Below, one piece after another: positions 37,972 to 48,722 of a stretch of DNA of 64,000 nucleotides. Where the stretch lies: contig JAGWOI010000005.1 in NCBI GenBank assembly GCA_028870995.1, positions 39,807-103,806 on the forward strand, given 5' to 3'. The first letter of the stretch is position 1. Each line of letters begins with the position of its first letter. The DNA is from Candidatus Omnitrophota bacterium. Lineage in GTDB: Bacteria; Omnitrophota; Gorgyraeia; Zapsychrales; Fredricksoniimonadaceae. A program made the translations under genes and the position numbers. The notes below the pieces were generated by a model, which did not search any database, had not been told where the DNA came from, and saw only the letters and a list, made by a program, of their open reading frames with translations.

Positions 37972-38701
37972 AATCATCCTTGAGTACGACGGTGCGGGTT
38001 TTTGCGGTTGGCAGGCCCAGGGCCAGGGTGAGCGTACCGTCCAGGGTGAACTGGAAAGTGTTCTTTTAAAAGTTTTTAAAAAGCCGGTTATGGCAATCGC
38101 GTCCGGCCGTACCGACAGCGGGGTGCATGCGCGGGGACAGGCCGTCTCCTTTAAGGCCGATACCCGCATGAAGCCTTTGGAAATCATGCGGGCCTTAAAC
38201 AGCCTTTTGCCCTCCGATGTGGTGGTGCGCGAGGGGACCCGAGTCAAAAGTAATTTTCACGCGCAATACAGCGTCAAAGAAAAGACCTATCGCTACACCG
38301 TTCTAAACCGCGGTTACCGTTCGGCTTTCTTGCGCGATCGCGCTCTTTTTTATCCTTATTCCTTGAATATGACCCGCATGCGCCGGGCCGCACGGCATCT
38401 GGTCGGCCGCCATGATTTTAAATCGTTCCAGGCGTACGATCCCTTGAGGGCCGAACGGCAGACCGTGCGCACGATAAAAAAGCTCGCCCTTAAAAAGGAA
38501 GGAGAGCTCATCTTTATCGACATCACGGCGGATGGTTTTCTTTATAAAATGGTGCGCAATATCGTAGGAACGCTTTTGGCCATCGGCTCCGGCCAGTTAC
38601 CGACGGAGAAAATGGCGGATATTTTGAAAGCCAAGGATCGCAAGGCTGCCGGGGAGACGGCGCCGGCCCACGGCCTTTGTTTGATGCAGGTCAAATATTA
38701 A
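37958..38701 (+). CDS. truA: tRNA pseudouridine(38-40) synthase
   Basis: YDG..F.GWQ, GRTDSGVHA, GFLYKMVR, APAHGL. Confidence 0.96.
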   Translation: MKTFKIILEYDGAGFCGWQAQGQGERTVQGELESVLLKVFKKPVMAIASGRTDSGVHARGQAVSFKADTRMKPLEIMRALNSLLPSDVVVREGTRVKSNFHAQYSVKEKTYRYTVLNRGYRSAFLRDRALFYPYSLNMTRMRRAARHLVGRHDFKSFQAYDPLRAERQTVRTIKKLALKKEGELIFIDITADGFLYKMVRNIVGTLLAIGSGQLPTEKMADILKAKDRKAAGETAPAHGLCLMQVKY

Positions 38702-38716
38702 AGCGATTAAAAATAT

Positions 38717-38744
38717 TTGACATTTGTCGTAAAGATGTTATATT
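38717..38744 (+). promoter_or_regulatory. Promoter for rplM-rpsI
   Basis: TTGACA 38717-38722, 16 bp, TGtTATATT (-10 38739-38744). Confidence 0.75.
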
Positions 38745-38783
38745 TTGAGTTCCGTTTTGGAAGGAATGATCAGAGGTCATTAT

Positions 38784-39212
38784 ATGAAGACGTATTTACC
38801 CAAAGTTAATGAGATTGAACATAAGTGCTACGTGATCGATGCCAAGGATAAGATCTTAGGCAAGGTCGCAGCCAAGGCCGCATCTGTTTTACGCGGCAAG
38901 CACAAACGTACCTACACGCCGTTTTTGGATACCGGTGATACGGTCATCATTATCAATGCGGACAAGGTCAAGGTCACGGGCAAAAAATTGACCGACAAGG
39001 TGTACAACCGCTATACCGGCTATCCCGGCGGTTTGCGGCAGGTGACCTTGGGCAATATGCTGGCCAAACGTCCGGTGAAGGTCCTGGAATTGGCGGTTTC
39101 CCGTATGTTTCCCAGCGGGCCTCTGGCCTATAAGCAGACGATGAGGCTGAAGGTGTACGCGGGGGAGAATCACCCGCATGCGGCCCAAAAACCTATTGCA
39201 TTGGAAGTTTAA
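38784..39212 (+). CDS. rplM: 50S ribosomal protein L13
   Basis: LRGKHK.TYTP..DTGD, TGYPGG, HPHAAQKP; GAGGT RBS before ATG 38784. Confidence 0.97.
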   Translation: MKTYLPKVNEIEHKCYVIDAKDKILGKVAAKAASVLRGKHKRTYTPFLDTGDTVIIINADKVKVTGKKLTDKVYNRYTGYPGGLRQVTLGNMLAKRPVKVLELAVSRMFPSGPLAYKQTMRLKVYAGENHPHAAQKPIALEV

Positions 39213-39230
39213 TTTATTTAGGAGAGTTTC

Positions 39231-39626
39231 ATGGTAGAAGTGGTGAAATATTCAGGTACAGGACGCCGTAAAAGCTCGGTGGCCAGGGTCATTTTAACCC
39301 CCGGCGCCGGCAAGATCGTGGTCAATAAGCGCGAGTTTTCGGATTATTTTCCCCGCGAAACCGACCGGATCTCCATTATGCATCCTCTCAAGCTCGTGAA
39401 TTTGGAAAACAAATTCGACATTTCCGTGCGTGTGACCGGCGGTGGTTCCACCGGCCAGGCCGGCGCTTTCAAATTGGGCCTGTCCCGCGCCATCATTTCT
39501 TGTGACCCCAACACCCGTGGTGTGTTGAAGAAGGCCAGCTGCCTGACCAGAGACGACAGAATGAAGGAAAGAAAGAAACCTGGTCAAAAGGGAGCACGCC
39601 GTAAATTCCAGTGGGTCAAACGTTAA
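39231..39626 (+). CDS. rpsI: 30S ribosomal protein S9
   Basis: GTGRRK, GGGSTGQA, ERKKPG, C-terminal KR. Confidence 0.97.
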   Translation: MVEVVKYSGTGRRKSSVARVILTPGAGKIVVNKREFSDYFPRETDRISIMHPLKLVNLENKFDISVRVTGGGSTGQAGAFKLGLSRAIISCDPNTRGVLKKASCLTRDDRMKERKKPGQKGARRKFQWVKR

Positions 39627-39650
39627 CGAAGAACAAAATATAAGATAAAG

Positions 39651-39694
39651 AAGCCCATCTCCCTTTGAATATCATTGACGAGATGGGCTTTTTT
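39651..39694 (+). terminator. Rho-independent terminator after rpsI
   Basis: AAGCCCATCTC / GAGATGGGCTT followed by a T run. Confidence 0.8.
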
Positions 39695-39743
39695 ATTTAT
39701 TATAAACGGATTCATCAAAGGCATTTTTGCCGACGGGAACCAT

Positions 39744-40793
39744 ATGCCAAATAAAGAGTTGGAGTATTCATCCAAAACCATCCGTGCCGGTGTTTGGGGT
39801 GTGAGCGGTTACACTGGCCGCGAGGTCTTGGGGTTGCTTTTAAAGCATCCGGGAGTGCGTGTCACGGATGTTGCCGCGAACAACACCCAAGGGCCGGTGG
39901 CTGAGATTTTTCCGGAATTTCTAAACCGGACCACCTTGGTTTGCCATCCTTTCAGCATCAAGGAAACCGTTAAAAAATGCGACGTGGTGTTTTTGGCCCT
40001 GCCGCATACCGAGTCCATGAAGGCGGCGCCGAAGCTGTTGAAGGCTGGACTTAAAGTGGTCGATCTAAGCGCGGACTATCGCCTTAAAAAAGCGCAGGTT
40101 TATGAAACCTGGTACGGCCATAGGCATGTTGACACGGGCAATCTCAACAAGGCGGTTTACGGTTTACCGGAGTTATTCCGCCAGAAGATAAAGGGAGCCG
40201 CATTCGTGGCCAACCCCGGCTGTTATCCGACCGCTGCTATTTTAGGATTGGCGCCCTTGATCGCCACCCGCAAGGACATCCAATCCATTGTTGTGGATGC
40301 CAAATCAGGCATTTCCGGTGCGGGCCGCAAGGCTACGGTGGACAAGCTGTTTGCCGAAGCCAACGGGAACTTTAAGGCGTATAAGGTATTGAGTCACCAG
40401 CACGCGCCTGAGATCGAACAGTATTTGTCCCAATTGGCCGGCCGGGCCACGTCCATTCATTTTGTGGCGCACCTGTTGCCTATTACCAGGGGCATTTTAA
40501 ACACCATGTATGTCCACTTGGAAGAAGGGATCACTGCCAACCAGGTGCACAGCTTGTATAAGAAATTTTATAAGATCGAGCCTTTTGTCCGCCTGCATCC
40601 GTTGGGACGCCAGCCCGAGATCAAAAATGTGGCCAATACCAACTTCTGCGATATCGGTTTGGCCGTAAGCCCGGATAAAAAATTGGTGGTCATCACTTCG
40701 GCCATCGATAATCTGGTCAAAGGGGCCGCCGGCCAGGCCGTGCAAAACATGAATTTAATGGTTGGATTTAATGAAACCGAAGGATTGCTATGA
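39744..40793 (+). CDS. argC: N-acetyl-gamma-glutamyl-phosphate reductase
   Basis: GVSGYTG, DLSADYR, ANPGCYPT, SGISGAG, IDNLVKGAAGQA. Confidence 0.96.
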   Translation: MPNKELEYSSKTIRAGVWGVSGYTGREVLGLLLKHPGVRVTDVAANNTQGPVAEIFPEFLNRTTLVCHPFSIKETVKKCDVVFLALPHTESMKAAPKLLKAGLKVVDLSADYRLKKAQVYETWYGHRHVDTGNLNKAVYGLPELFRQKIKGAAFVANPGCYPTAAILGLAPLIATRKDIQSIVVDAKSGISGAGRKATVDKLFAEANGNFKAYKVLSHQHAPEIEQYLSQLAGRATSIHFVAHLLPITRGILNTMYVHLEEGITANQVHSLYKKFYKIEPFVRLHPLGRQPEIKNVANTNFCDIGLAVSPDKKLVVITSAIDNLVKGAAGQAVQNMNLMVGFNETEGLL

Positions 40794-41932
40794 AGATCAT
40801 TAAAGGCGGGATCACCGCACCCAAAGGTTTTTTGGCCAACGGTCTTTCTGCCGGCATCAAGCGTTCGGGCAAGCCCGATCTGGGTGTTATTGTCTCCGAA
40901 GTGCCGGCGGTGGTGGCCGGCGTCTTTACCAAGAATTCCATCAAGGCCGCCCCCTTGATTGTCAGCATGGAGCACATCAAAAAGGGGATAGGCCGGGCAG
41001 TGCTGGTCAATTCCGGCAACGCGAATTGTTATACCGGCGAGACCGGCCTTAAATATGCCTATGGTTCAACACAGATGGCTTCCCAGCTTCTCGGCGTCAA
41101 ACCTGAGGATGTTCTGGTGACTTCCACGGGCATCATCGGGAAGACCCTGCCGTATAACAAAATTATTGATGCTTTGCCGGCCCTGATCAAGGGTTTGAGC
41201 CGCACCGGCGGCGTCAAGTTCGCCCGGGCCATCATGACCACGGATTTGAAACTCAAGGAATGCGCTGTTGAGATCACCCTCGGCGGCAAAAAGGTCATTG
41301 TGGCCGGCTGCGCCAAGGGATCGGGGATGATCGAACCCAATATGGCCACCATGCTGGGATTTATCACCACAGATGCCGCCATTTCGCTGAAAATGCTGAA
41401 ATTGTCTTTAAAACGTGTCACGGAGCGCTCCTTTAACAGCATCACGGTGGACGGCTGTATGAGTACCAATGACATGCTTACTATCCAGGCCAGCGGCCTG
41501 GCCGGCAACAAGAAGATAGTTTCCGAAGGGGCGGATTTTAAAAAATTCTATGAGGCGTTGGAATACGTCTGCATCGACCTGGCCAAGAAAATCGTGATCG
41601 ATGGTGAAGGCGCCACCAAATTTATTACCATCCGCGCCAAAGGCGCCGTTGATGAGATCCAAGCCAGGAAAATCGCCAAGACCATTGCCAATTCCGCGCT
41701 GGTCAAGACCGCGGCCTTCGGCAGCAATCCCAATTGGGGGCGGGTGGCGGCCGCCGTGGGTTCTCTGGGGCTTGGGACCATTAATGAACGCAGCATGAAA
41801 ATCAGCTTTTCGCCTTTTGATAAAAAGGAAATCAGCATTACGGTCGAGCTTCCTTTGGGCCGCGCTGAGGCGACCGTCTACACCTGCGATCTTTCGTATG
41901 AGTACGTGCGCATTAACGGAGAATATAATTAA
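40790..41932 (+). CDS. argJ: Ornithine acetyltransferase / N-acetylglutamate synthase
   Basis: NSGNAN, STGIIG, KGSGMIEPNMATML, STND, DGEGATK, NWGR. Confidence 0.96.
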   Translation: MKIIKGGITAPKGFLANGLSAGIKRSGKPDLGVIVSEVPAVVAGVFTKNSIKAAPLIVSMEHIKKGIGRAVLVNSGNANCYTGETGLKYAYGSTQMASQLLGVKPEDVLVTSTGIIGKTLPYNKIIDALPALIKGLSRTGGVKFARAIMTTDLKLKECAVEITLGGKKVIVAGCAKGSGMIEPNMATMLGFITTDAAISLKMLKLSLKRVTERSFNSITVDGCMSTNDMLTIQASGLAGNKKIVSEGADFKKFYEALEYVCIDLAKKIVIDGEGATKFITIRAKGAVDEIQARKIAKTIANSALVKTAAFGSNPNWGRVAAAVGSLGLGTINERSMKISFSPFDKKEISITVELPLGRAEATVYTCDLSYEYVRINGEYN

Positions 41933-42789
41933 TGGAACAGATCGTTAAAAAGGCTTCCATTCTGATCGAAGCCATTCCTTACATCCATGCGTTCCGCCGC
42001 AAGATTTTTGTCATCAAATACGGCGGCAGCATCCTGGACGACCCTAAAATCCGGCACAATGTCCTGCAGGACATCGTGTTTTTAAGCTATGTGGGCATCC
42101 GCATCATCATTGTGCACGGCGGCGGCCCGCATATCTCGGCCAGGATGAAGGAAAAGGGTTTGAAGAATGAATTTGTCGACGGTATCCGTGTGACCGACAA
42201 GCAAACCCTGGACATTGTGGGTGAGGAACTGGAAAAACTCAATGGCCAGATCGTTACCGAGATCAAAGCGCTTAAAGGTGACGTCACAGGTCTTAAGGGC
42301 CAGGAAAATATTATTTTTGTCAAAAAGAAAAAAGCCGCCAAAGACTTAGGCTTTGTGGGCACCATCACATCGGTCAATAAGGAGGTCCTGGAAAAGCATT
42401 TGTCCCTGGGGCAGATCACGGTCGTCTCACCGATGGGTATGACGACCGAGAAGGTGGCTCATAATGTCAATGCGGATGAGGTGGCTGCAGCCATCGCCAA
42501 TTCCATGAAGGCCGAGAAGCTGGTGCTGCTGACCGATGTGCCCGGCGTTATGCGTGACCTGAAAGACATGAGCACCTTGATTTCCACCTTAAGTTTGAGC
42601 CAGGTGGACGAGCTCATCAAGAACGGGGTGATCGTGGGCGGCATGATCCCCAAGGTCACTTCCTGTGTCGAGGCGCTTAAAGGCGGCGGGGTCAACAAGA
42701 CGCACATCGTGGATGCCCGCATGCCGCATGCCCTGTTGCTCGAATTTTTTACGGATCAAGGGGTGGGAACACAGATCATAAAATCATGA
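41932..42789 (+). CDS. argB: Acetylglutamate kinase
   Basis: KYGG, VHGGG, NVNAD, GGMIPK. Confidence 0.96.
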   Translation: MEQIVKKASILIEAIPYIHAFRRKIFVIKYGGSILDDPKIRHNVLQDIVFLSYVGIRIIIVHGGGPHISARMKEKGLKNEFVDGIRVTDKQTLDIVGEELEKLNGQIVTEIKALKGDVTGLKGQENIIFVKKKKAAKDLGFVGTITSVNKEVLEKHLSLGQITVVSPMGMTTEKVAHNVNADEVAAAIANSMKAEKLVLLTDVPGVMRDLKDMSTLISTLSLSQVDELIKNGVIVGGMIPKVTSCVEALKGGGVNKTHIVDARMPHALLLEFFTDQGVGTQIIKS

Positions 42790-43991
42790 AGACAGACGAA
42801 ATTTTTCAAGAATATAACGACCACATCCTGTTGACGTATACGCGCCTGCCGGCGGTCTTTGTCAAGGGCAAGGGCTCAATGCTGACGGATATCCAGGGCA
42901 GGAAGTTCCTGGATTTCTTTCCGGGCTGGGGCGTGAGCAATCTCGGGCATTGCCATCCGAAGGTCATGGGTGCCGTGCGCGAGCAGATCGGAAAATTGAT
43001 CCATATTCCCAACAATCTGTACAACCCTCATCAGGCCAAATTAGCCAGGGAATTGATCCGCATTTCTTTTGAGGGCAAGATTTTCTTTTGCAACAGCGGC
43101 ACGGAATCCATTGAAGCGGCCATTAAATTTGCCAGGGCCTTCGGCCAGGGCAAAAAGCATGAGATCATCACCACCGTCAATGCGTTCCATGGCCGCACCA
43201 TGGGCGCTTTGACAGCCACGGGCCAGGAGAAACACCAAAAAGGTTTTGGGCCTCTGGTGCCGGGTTTTAAATACGTGCCTTTTAATGATCTGCAGGCCAT
43301 GAAGACCGCGGTCAATGACCAGACCGTAGCCATTATCCTTGAATTGGTCCAGGGGGAAGGCGGCATCAATGTCGCCGGCAAGGATTACGTGCAGGCCATC
43401 CGCAGGATCTGCGATGAGAAAAAGATTTTGCTGGTCCTTGACGAAGTTCAAACCGGCATGGCCCGCACCGGTGAGATTTTTGCCTTCAAGCATTATGGCA
43501 TCACACCGGATATTATGTGCCTGGCCAAGGCCTTGGGCGGCGGCCTGCCCATCGGCGCCATGATCGTTAAAAAAGAATTGGCCGATATATTCAAGCCAGG
43601 CATGCACGGATCGACCTTTGCGGGCAGTCCCTTGATCTGCAAGGCGGCCTTAGGGTTAATCAAGGCGATTTATGCCGAAAAGCTCATGAAGAATGTCAAA
43701 GTCCAGGGGCCGTATTTGATGGATAAGCTCAATCAACTGAAGGCCAAATACGATATCATCAAAGAAGTGCGCGGCCTGGGTTTAATGATCGGCGTTGAAT
43801 TGACGGTGCCCGGGGAAGGTATTTTCAAAGAATGTTTCAATCGCGGATTGATTATCAATTGCACGCAGGGTAACGTGCTGCGTATCATGCCGGCCTTGAA
43901 CGTGACACGCCGGCAGATCAATAAAGCCATTCATATTTTAGACAATGCCCTGGCAGCCGTGGCCAAGCAGCCGCAGAAAGCAGCCTTATGA
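42786..43991 (+). CDS. argD: Acetylornithine aminotransferase
   Basis: FHGRT, VQGEGG, DEVQTG, AKALGGG; operon position. Confidence 0.93.
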   Translation: MKTDEIFQEYNDHILLTYTRLPAVFVKGKGSMLTDIQGRKFLDFFPGWGVSNLGHCHPKVMGAVREQIGKLIHIPNNLYNPHQAKLARELIRISFEGKIFFCNSGTESIEAAIKFARAFGQGKKHEIITTVNAFHGRTMGALTATGQEKHQKGFGPLVPGFKYVPFNDLQAMKTAVNDQTVAIILELVQGEGGINVAGKDYVQAIRRICDEKKILLVLDEVQTGMARTGEIFAFKHYGITPDIMCLAKALGGGLPIGAMIVKKELADIFKPGMHGSTFAGSPLICKAALGLIKAIYAEKLMKNVKVQGPYLMDKLNQLKAKYDIIKEVRGLGLMIGVELTVPGEGIFKECFNRGLIINCTQGNVLRIMPALNVTRRQINKAIHILDNALAAVAKQPQKAAL

Positions 43992-44902
43992 AACGCGACC
44001 TTATCCGACTTTCAGATTATTCAGGCGACGAGATTTTAGGGCTCATTGATTCCGCGGACCGCCTCAAGAAGCAAAAGGGCAAACTGCGTGCCGATTTAGA
44101 AGGCAAAAGTGTAGCACTGGTATTCCAGAAACCGTCCAACCGCACGCGCGTCTCTTTTGAGGTCGGCGTTTATGAACTGGGAGGGCACTGTCTTTATCTG
44201 GGGCCGGACGAGATCAATCTTGGCAAACGCGAGACCACCCACGATGTGGCCAAGACCTTGTCACGGTATGTTCACTGCATTGTGGCCAGGGTCTTTGATA
44301 ACAAAGATATCGTCGAACTGGCCAAGTATGCCGACGTTCCAGTTATCAATGCTTTGTGCGACCTGTATCATCCCTGCCAGGCCTTGGCGGATATCCAGAC
44401 CATCCGCGAGCAGTTCGGCAGGTTCAAAGGCCTGACGCTGGCCTATGTAGGCGACGGCAACAATGTTTTCCATTCCTTGATGGTGGCCTGCGTCAAGGTG
44501 GGCATCAATGTGCGTTTTGCCGGCCCCAAGGGTTATGATCCTAATCCTGACATTGTGCGCCAGGCCCGGGAGTTTGCCCGGAAAAGCAAATGCACCATTG
44601 AATTGGGCAGGGACCCGAAAGAGGCGGTGAAAGGCGCAAACGTGATTTATGCGGACGTGTGGGTGAGTATGGGGCAGGAAAAGGAAACTCAAAAGCGCGT
44701 TAAGGAATTCAAGGGCTACCAGATCAATGCGGCCTTGATGAAATTGGCCCATAAGGATTACGTATTCATGCACTGCCTGCCGGCGCACCGTGAACTTGAA
44801 GTCACGGCGGAAATCATAGACGGGAAGCATTCGGTGATATTCGACCAGGCAGAAAACCGCCTGCATGCGCAGAAGGCTGTTTTGTTGAAACTATTAAAAT
44901 AA
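43988..44902 (+). CDS. argF: Ornithine carbamoyltransferase
   Basis: SNRTR, HPCQ, DVWVSMG, HCLP, QAENR. Confidence 0.96.
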   Translation: MKRDLIRLSDYSGDEILGLIDSADRLKKQKGKLRADLEGKSVALVFQKPSNRTRVSFEVGVYELGGHCLYLGPDEINLGKRETTHDVAKTLSRYVHCIVARVFDNKDIVELAKYADVPVINALCDLYHPCQALADIQTIREQFGRFKGLTLAYVGDGNNVFHSLMVACVKVGINVRFAGPKGYDPNPDIVRQAREFARKSKCTIELGRDPKEAVKGANVIYADVWVSMGQEKETQKRVKEFKGYQINAALMKLAHKDYVFMHCLPAHRELEVTAEIIDGKHSVIFDQAENRLHAQKAVLLKLLK

Positions 44903-44919
44903 GAAAGCAGAGGAAGAAC

Positions 44920-46083
44920 ATGAAAAAAGTAGTGTTGGCTTATTCGGGCGGACTGGACACCAGTTGTCTTATCCGTTGGCTGAAGGACAAAGGTTATGAA
45001 GTTATCGCTTTTATGGCGGACGTGGGCCAGGGCAGCGATTTTAAGAAGATCGAGAAACGCGCCATCGCCACCGGCGCCTCCAAAGTTTACATCTTGGATT
45101 TGAAAAAAGAATTCGTCCAGGATTATGTCTTTCCGGCGATCAAGGCCAATGCGGTCTACGAAGGTAAATATTTTTTGGCCACCGCCTTGTCTAGGCCATT
45201 GATCGCCAAGCACCAGGTGAACGTGGCTAAAAAAGAAAAGGCCACGGCCATTGCCCACGGCTGTACAGGCAAAGGCAATGACCAGGTGCGTTTCGAGGTC
45301 ACGGCCAAAATCCTGGCCCCGCACCTGGAGTTACTGGCGCCCTTGCGGACCTGGGAATTCAAGACCCGCGAGCAGGAGATCGAATATGCCCATCAGCATA
45401 AGATCCCTATTGATGTTTCCAAGAAGAGCCCTTACTCGACGGATATTAATTTGTACGGCCGTTCCATTGAATGCGGTGTTCTGGAAGATCCCTGGGTAGA
45501 GCCGCCGGATGAGATTTATTTAATGACCAGGGATCCTCTTAAGTGCCCCAACCGTCCCGAATATGTGGACATAGAGTTTATCAGGGGCGTGCCGGTCAAG
45601 GTCAACGGCAAAACCTATGGCCCCGTCGACTTAGTGTTGAAGCTTAATGAGATCGGCGGCCGCAACGGTGTCGGCCGCGTGGACATGGTGGAGAACCGCC
45701 TGGTGGGGATCAAGTCCCGGGAAATTTACGAGAATCCCGCCGGCACTATTTTGATCACCGCCCACAAAGAGCTGGAAGCCATGGTGCTCGACCGCGAGAC
45801 CCTGCATTACAAGGAATTGATTTCCCCGCGGTATGCCGAATTGACATACTACGGATTATGGGAAACACCGTTGAAGGCACAGATGGATGCCTTTATTAAT
45901 AAGACCCAGGAGCGTGCCACGGGCATTGTACGCATGAAGCTGTTTAAAGGCAGCTGCAACGTGGCCGGGCGCAAATCGCCGTTCTCCCGTTATAAGGAAG
46001 AGCTGGCCACCTACGGCGACAAGGATATTTTTGACCCCAAACTGTCCGAGGGCTTTATCCGGATTTGGGGCATGCCGTATTAA
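44920..46083 (+). CDS. argG: Argininosuccinate synthase
   Basis: AYSGGLDTS, GCTGKGNDQVRF, KSREIYE. Confidence 0.97.
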   Translation: MKKVVLAYSGGLDTSCLIRWLKDKGYEVIAFMADVGQGSDFKKIEKRAIATGASKVYILDLKKEFVQDYVFPAIKANAVYEGKYFLATALSRPLIAKHQVNVAKKEKATAIAHGCTGKGNDQVRFEVTAKILAPHLELLAPLRTWEFKTREQEIEYAHQHKIPIDVSKKSPYSTDINLYGRSIECGVLEDPWVEPPDEIYLMTRDPLKCPNRPEYVDIEFIRGVPVKVNGKTYGPVDLVLKLNEIGGRNGVGRVDMVENRLVGIKSREIYENPAGTILITAHKELEAMVLDRETLHYKELISPRYAELTYYGLWETPLKAQMDAFINKTQERATGIVRMKLFKGSCNVAGRKSPFSRYKEELATYGDKDIFDPKLSEGFIRIWGMPY

Positions 46084-46102
46084 CGGCAAGGAGAAAGGGC
46101 CT

Positions 46103-47479
46103 ATGTCCAAACTTTGGGGAGCAAGGTTCAATAAGAAGTCCGATCCGCTCGCGGACCGCTTTACCTTCAGCATCGGCTATGACCATCGTTTGGCCAAATA
46201 CGATTGTCTGGGGTCCATGGCCCATGCCCAGATGCTGGCCAAGCAGGGGATCATTCCCCAAGCGGATGGCGTTAAAATTGTGGCCGGCCTCAAAAAAATT
46301 TTAAAACAAATTGAGGCCGGACGATTCAACTTCGACACCAAGGCCGAGGACATCCATACCGACATCCAGAACCGGCTTAAAGATTTGGTAGGCAAGCCGG
46401 CCGACAAACTGCATACGGCCCGTTCCCGCAACGACCAGGTTGTCCTGGACATGAAGCTCTATTGCCGCCATGAACTCGTCCAGTTGATGGCCTCCGTCGG
46501 TATTCTACAGAATTCCATTCTAGGCTTCGCGCGGAAGAATAAGGATGTTATCATCCCGGCGTACACGCATTTGCAAGCTGCCCAGGTGGTGCTGTTAGCT
46601 CATCATATGCTGGCCTACATCGAGATGCTGGAGCGCGATAAGGCCAGGCTTCTGGATTGTGCCAAACGCAGTGATTCTTTGCCGTTGGGCGCCTGCGCCC
46701 TGTCCGGCACATCGCTTAAGACCGATCGGGCTTATGTGGCCAAGCTCCTGGGTTTTGGCCGGGTTGCGGCCAACAGCATGGACGTTGTCTCCGACCGTGA
46801 TTTCATTGTCGAGACGATCAGCGCCTGCGCCATGATTGCCACCCATCTTTCCCGTATCGCCGAGGACCTGATTTTGTGGGCCACCAGGGAATTCAACTTG
46901 GTTGATATCGATGCCGGTTTCTGCACCGGCTCATCCATCATGCCACATAAAAAAAATCCGGATGTGCTGGAATTGATCCGGGGCAGTTCGGCCAAGGTCG
47001 TCGGGCATTTGACTGAAATCCACGTTCTGCTAAAAGGGCTGCCGTACACCTACAACCGTGACCTGCAACTGGACAAGCCGCCTTTGTTCGACAGCGTGGA
47101 CACCACGAAATTCATGCTGTTGGTTTTAAGCCGGATTTTCGAGACCTTGAAGGTCAGGAAGGAGGCGGCCGTCAGGCAGACCGCGGATGAAAGTTTTTTC
47201 ACCGTGGATGTGATGGATTATCTGGTTAAAAAAGGCGTTTCGTACCGCCAAGCGCATGATATTTTAGGCTGTATGGTCAGGGATTGCCTGGACAGGAGCA
47301 AGGCCATTTCGTCCTTGACCATTGATGAATTAAGAAAATATTCGCCTGTCTTTGGAGGCGATGTGAAAAATCTTTTCAATCCCGGGATGTCTGTTAAAAT
47401 TAAATCCTCTTTCGGCTCGACAAATCCGAAACTTGTGGAGCAACAACTTAAAACCTGGAGTAAAAAGCTGCATGCATGA
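46103..47479 (+). CDS. argH: Argininosuccinate lyase
   Basis: LWGARF, RSRNDQ, YTHLQ, GSSIMPHKKNPD. Confidence 0.97.
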   Translation: MSKLWGARFNKKSDPLADRFTFSIGYDHRLAKYDCLGSMAHAQMLAKQGIIPQADGVKIVAGLKKILKQIEAGRFNFDTKAEDIHTDIQNRLKDLVGKPADKLHTARSRNDQVVLDMKLYCRHELVQLMASVGILQNSILGFARKNKDVIIPAYTHLQAAQVVLLAHHMLAYIEMLERDKARLLDCAKRSDSLPLGACALSGTSLKTDRAYVAKLLGFGRVAANSMDVVSDRDFIVETISACAMIATHLSRIAEDLILWATREFNLVDIDAGFCTGSSIMPHKKNPDVLELIRGSSAKVVGHLTEIHVLLKGLPYTYNRDLQLDKPPLFDSVDTTKFMLLVLSRIFETLKVRKEAAVRQTADESFFTVDVMDYLVKKGVSYRQAHDILGCMVRDCLDRSKAISSLTIDELRKYSPVFGGDVKNLFNPGMSVKIKSSFGSTNPKLVEQQLKTWSKKLHA

Positions 47480-48722
47480 CTTTCTGTTCAAGAACGGCGA
47501 ACTTTGCTGTGAAAATGTGAAGATTTCCGACATCGCCCGGAAGGCGGGAACGCCCTTTTACCTGTACAGCCACAAAACGCTAAGCGATCATTTTCTAAAG
47601 ATACAGAGGGCTTTTGCTCCCTTGAATCCTATTATCTGCTTTGCCATGAAATCCAACGGCAATCTGAATGTGATCAAAAGCTTGGTCGACTTGGGCGCGG
47701 GCATTGATATTGTTTCCATCGGCGAATTGGGCAAGGCCCTTCTGGCCGGCGCAGATCCCAGGAAGATCGTGTTTGCCTCGGTCGGCAAGACGGAGGAGGA
47801 GATCGCCTTTGCCATCGAGACAGGTATTTTATTATTCAATGTGGAATCCGAGCCCGAACTGGCGGAGATCAACCGCATTGCGGCCAAAATGAACAGGAAG
47901 GTGCAGGCGGCGCTTAGGATCAATCCCGATGTCCCGGCACCCACGCATGAATACACCAATACCGGTTCCTTAAAAAAGAAATTCGGCATCGACCTGCGCA
48001 CCACCCGGCAGATCTTCAAAGGCCAAAGCAAATACAGCCACGTGAAGATCAACGGGGTGCATATCCATATCGGTTCCCAGATCACCTCGGGGGCGCCCTT
48101 TGTGGGTGCTATCAAGAAGGTCGTTGCATTTATCGACAGCCTGCGGGCCGAGGGGATCCGCATCGAGTATTTGGACATCGGCGGAGGCTTAGGCATCATT
48201 TATAAGGATGAGAACCCGCAGACCGCACAAGCTTATGCGGACAAGGTGGTCCCCATTCTAGAGAAGACGGGCTTGAAGATCATCATGGAACCGGGCCGTT
48301 TTATCGTTGGCAATGCCGGTATCTTTGTCACCAAGGTGTTGTATATCAAGGACAACGGCGTCAAGAAATTCGTGATTGTTGACGGCGGGATGAATGATCT
48401 CATCAGGCCCACACTTTATGATGCTTATCATGAGATCGTCCCCGTGGTGCAAACAAGGACCGGCCGCCAGAAATGCGATGTGGTGGGTCCCATTTGCGAG
48501 AGCGGGGACTTTTTTGCCCACGACCGGCTTTTACCCAAGGTTGGCAGGAATGACCTGCTGGCCGTGATGAGCGCCGGGGCTTATGGTTATGTGATGTCGA
48601 GCAATTACAATGTGCGGCCGCGGGTGCCGGAGGTCATGGTCAAGGGCAACAAGTTCAAAATCGTCAAAGAGCGCGAAACATTCAAAGATTTGATGCGCGG
48701 AGAGAAGATTGTCGCATGGTAA
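47472..48722 (+). CDS. lysA: Diaminopimelate decarboxylase
   Basis: FAMKSN, HIHIGSQ, DIGGG, EPGR, GPICESGD. Confidence 0.97.
   Translation: MHDFLFKNGELCCENVKISDIARKAGTPFYLYSHKTLSDHFLKIQRAFAPLNPIICFAMKSNGNLNVIKSLVDLGAGIDIVSIGELGKALLAGADPRKIVFASVGKTEEEIAFAIETGILLFNVESEPELAEINRIAAKMNRKVQAALRINPDVPAPTHEYTNTGSLKKKFGIDLRTTRQIFKGQSKYSHVKINGVHIHIGSQITSGAPFVGAIKKVVAFIDSLRAEGIRIEYLDIGGGLGIIYKDENPQTAQAYADKVVPILEKTGLKIIMEPGRFIVGNAGIFVTKVLYIKDNGVKKFVIVDGGMNDLIRPTLYDAYHEIVPVVQTRTGRQKCDVVGPICESGDFFAHDRLLPKVGRNDLLAVMSAGAYGYVMSSNYNVRPRVPEVMVKGNKFKIVKERETFKDLMRGEKIVAW

Noticed and set aside
39627-39743. ARG box or attenuator ahead of argC
   Set aside because: TGAAT-ATC-ATTGA has the wrong spacing and lies in the rpsI terminator loop; no leader peptide
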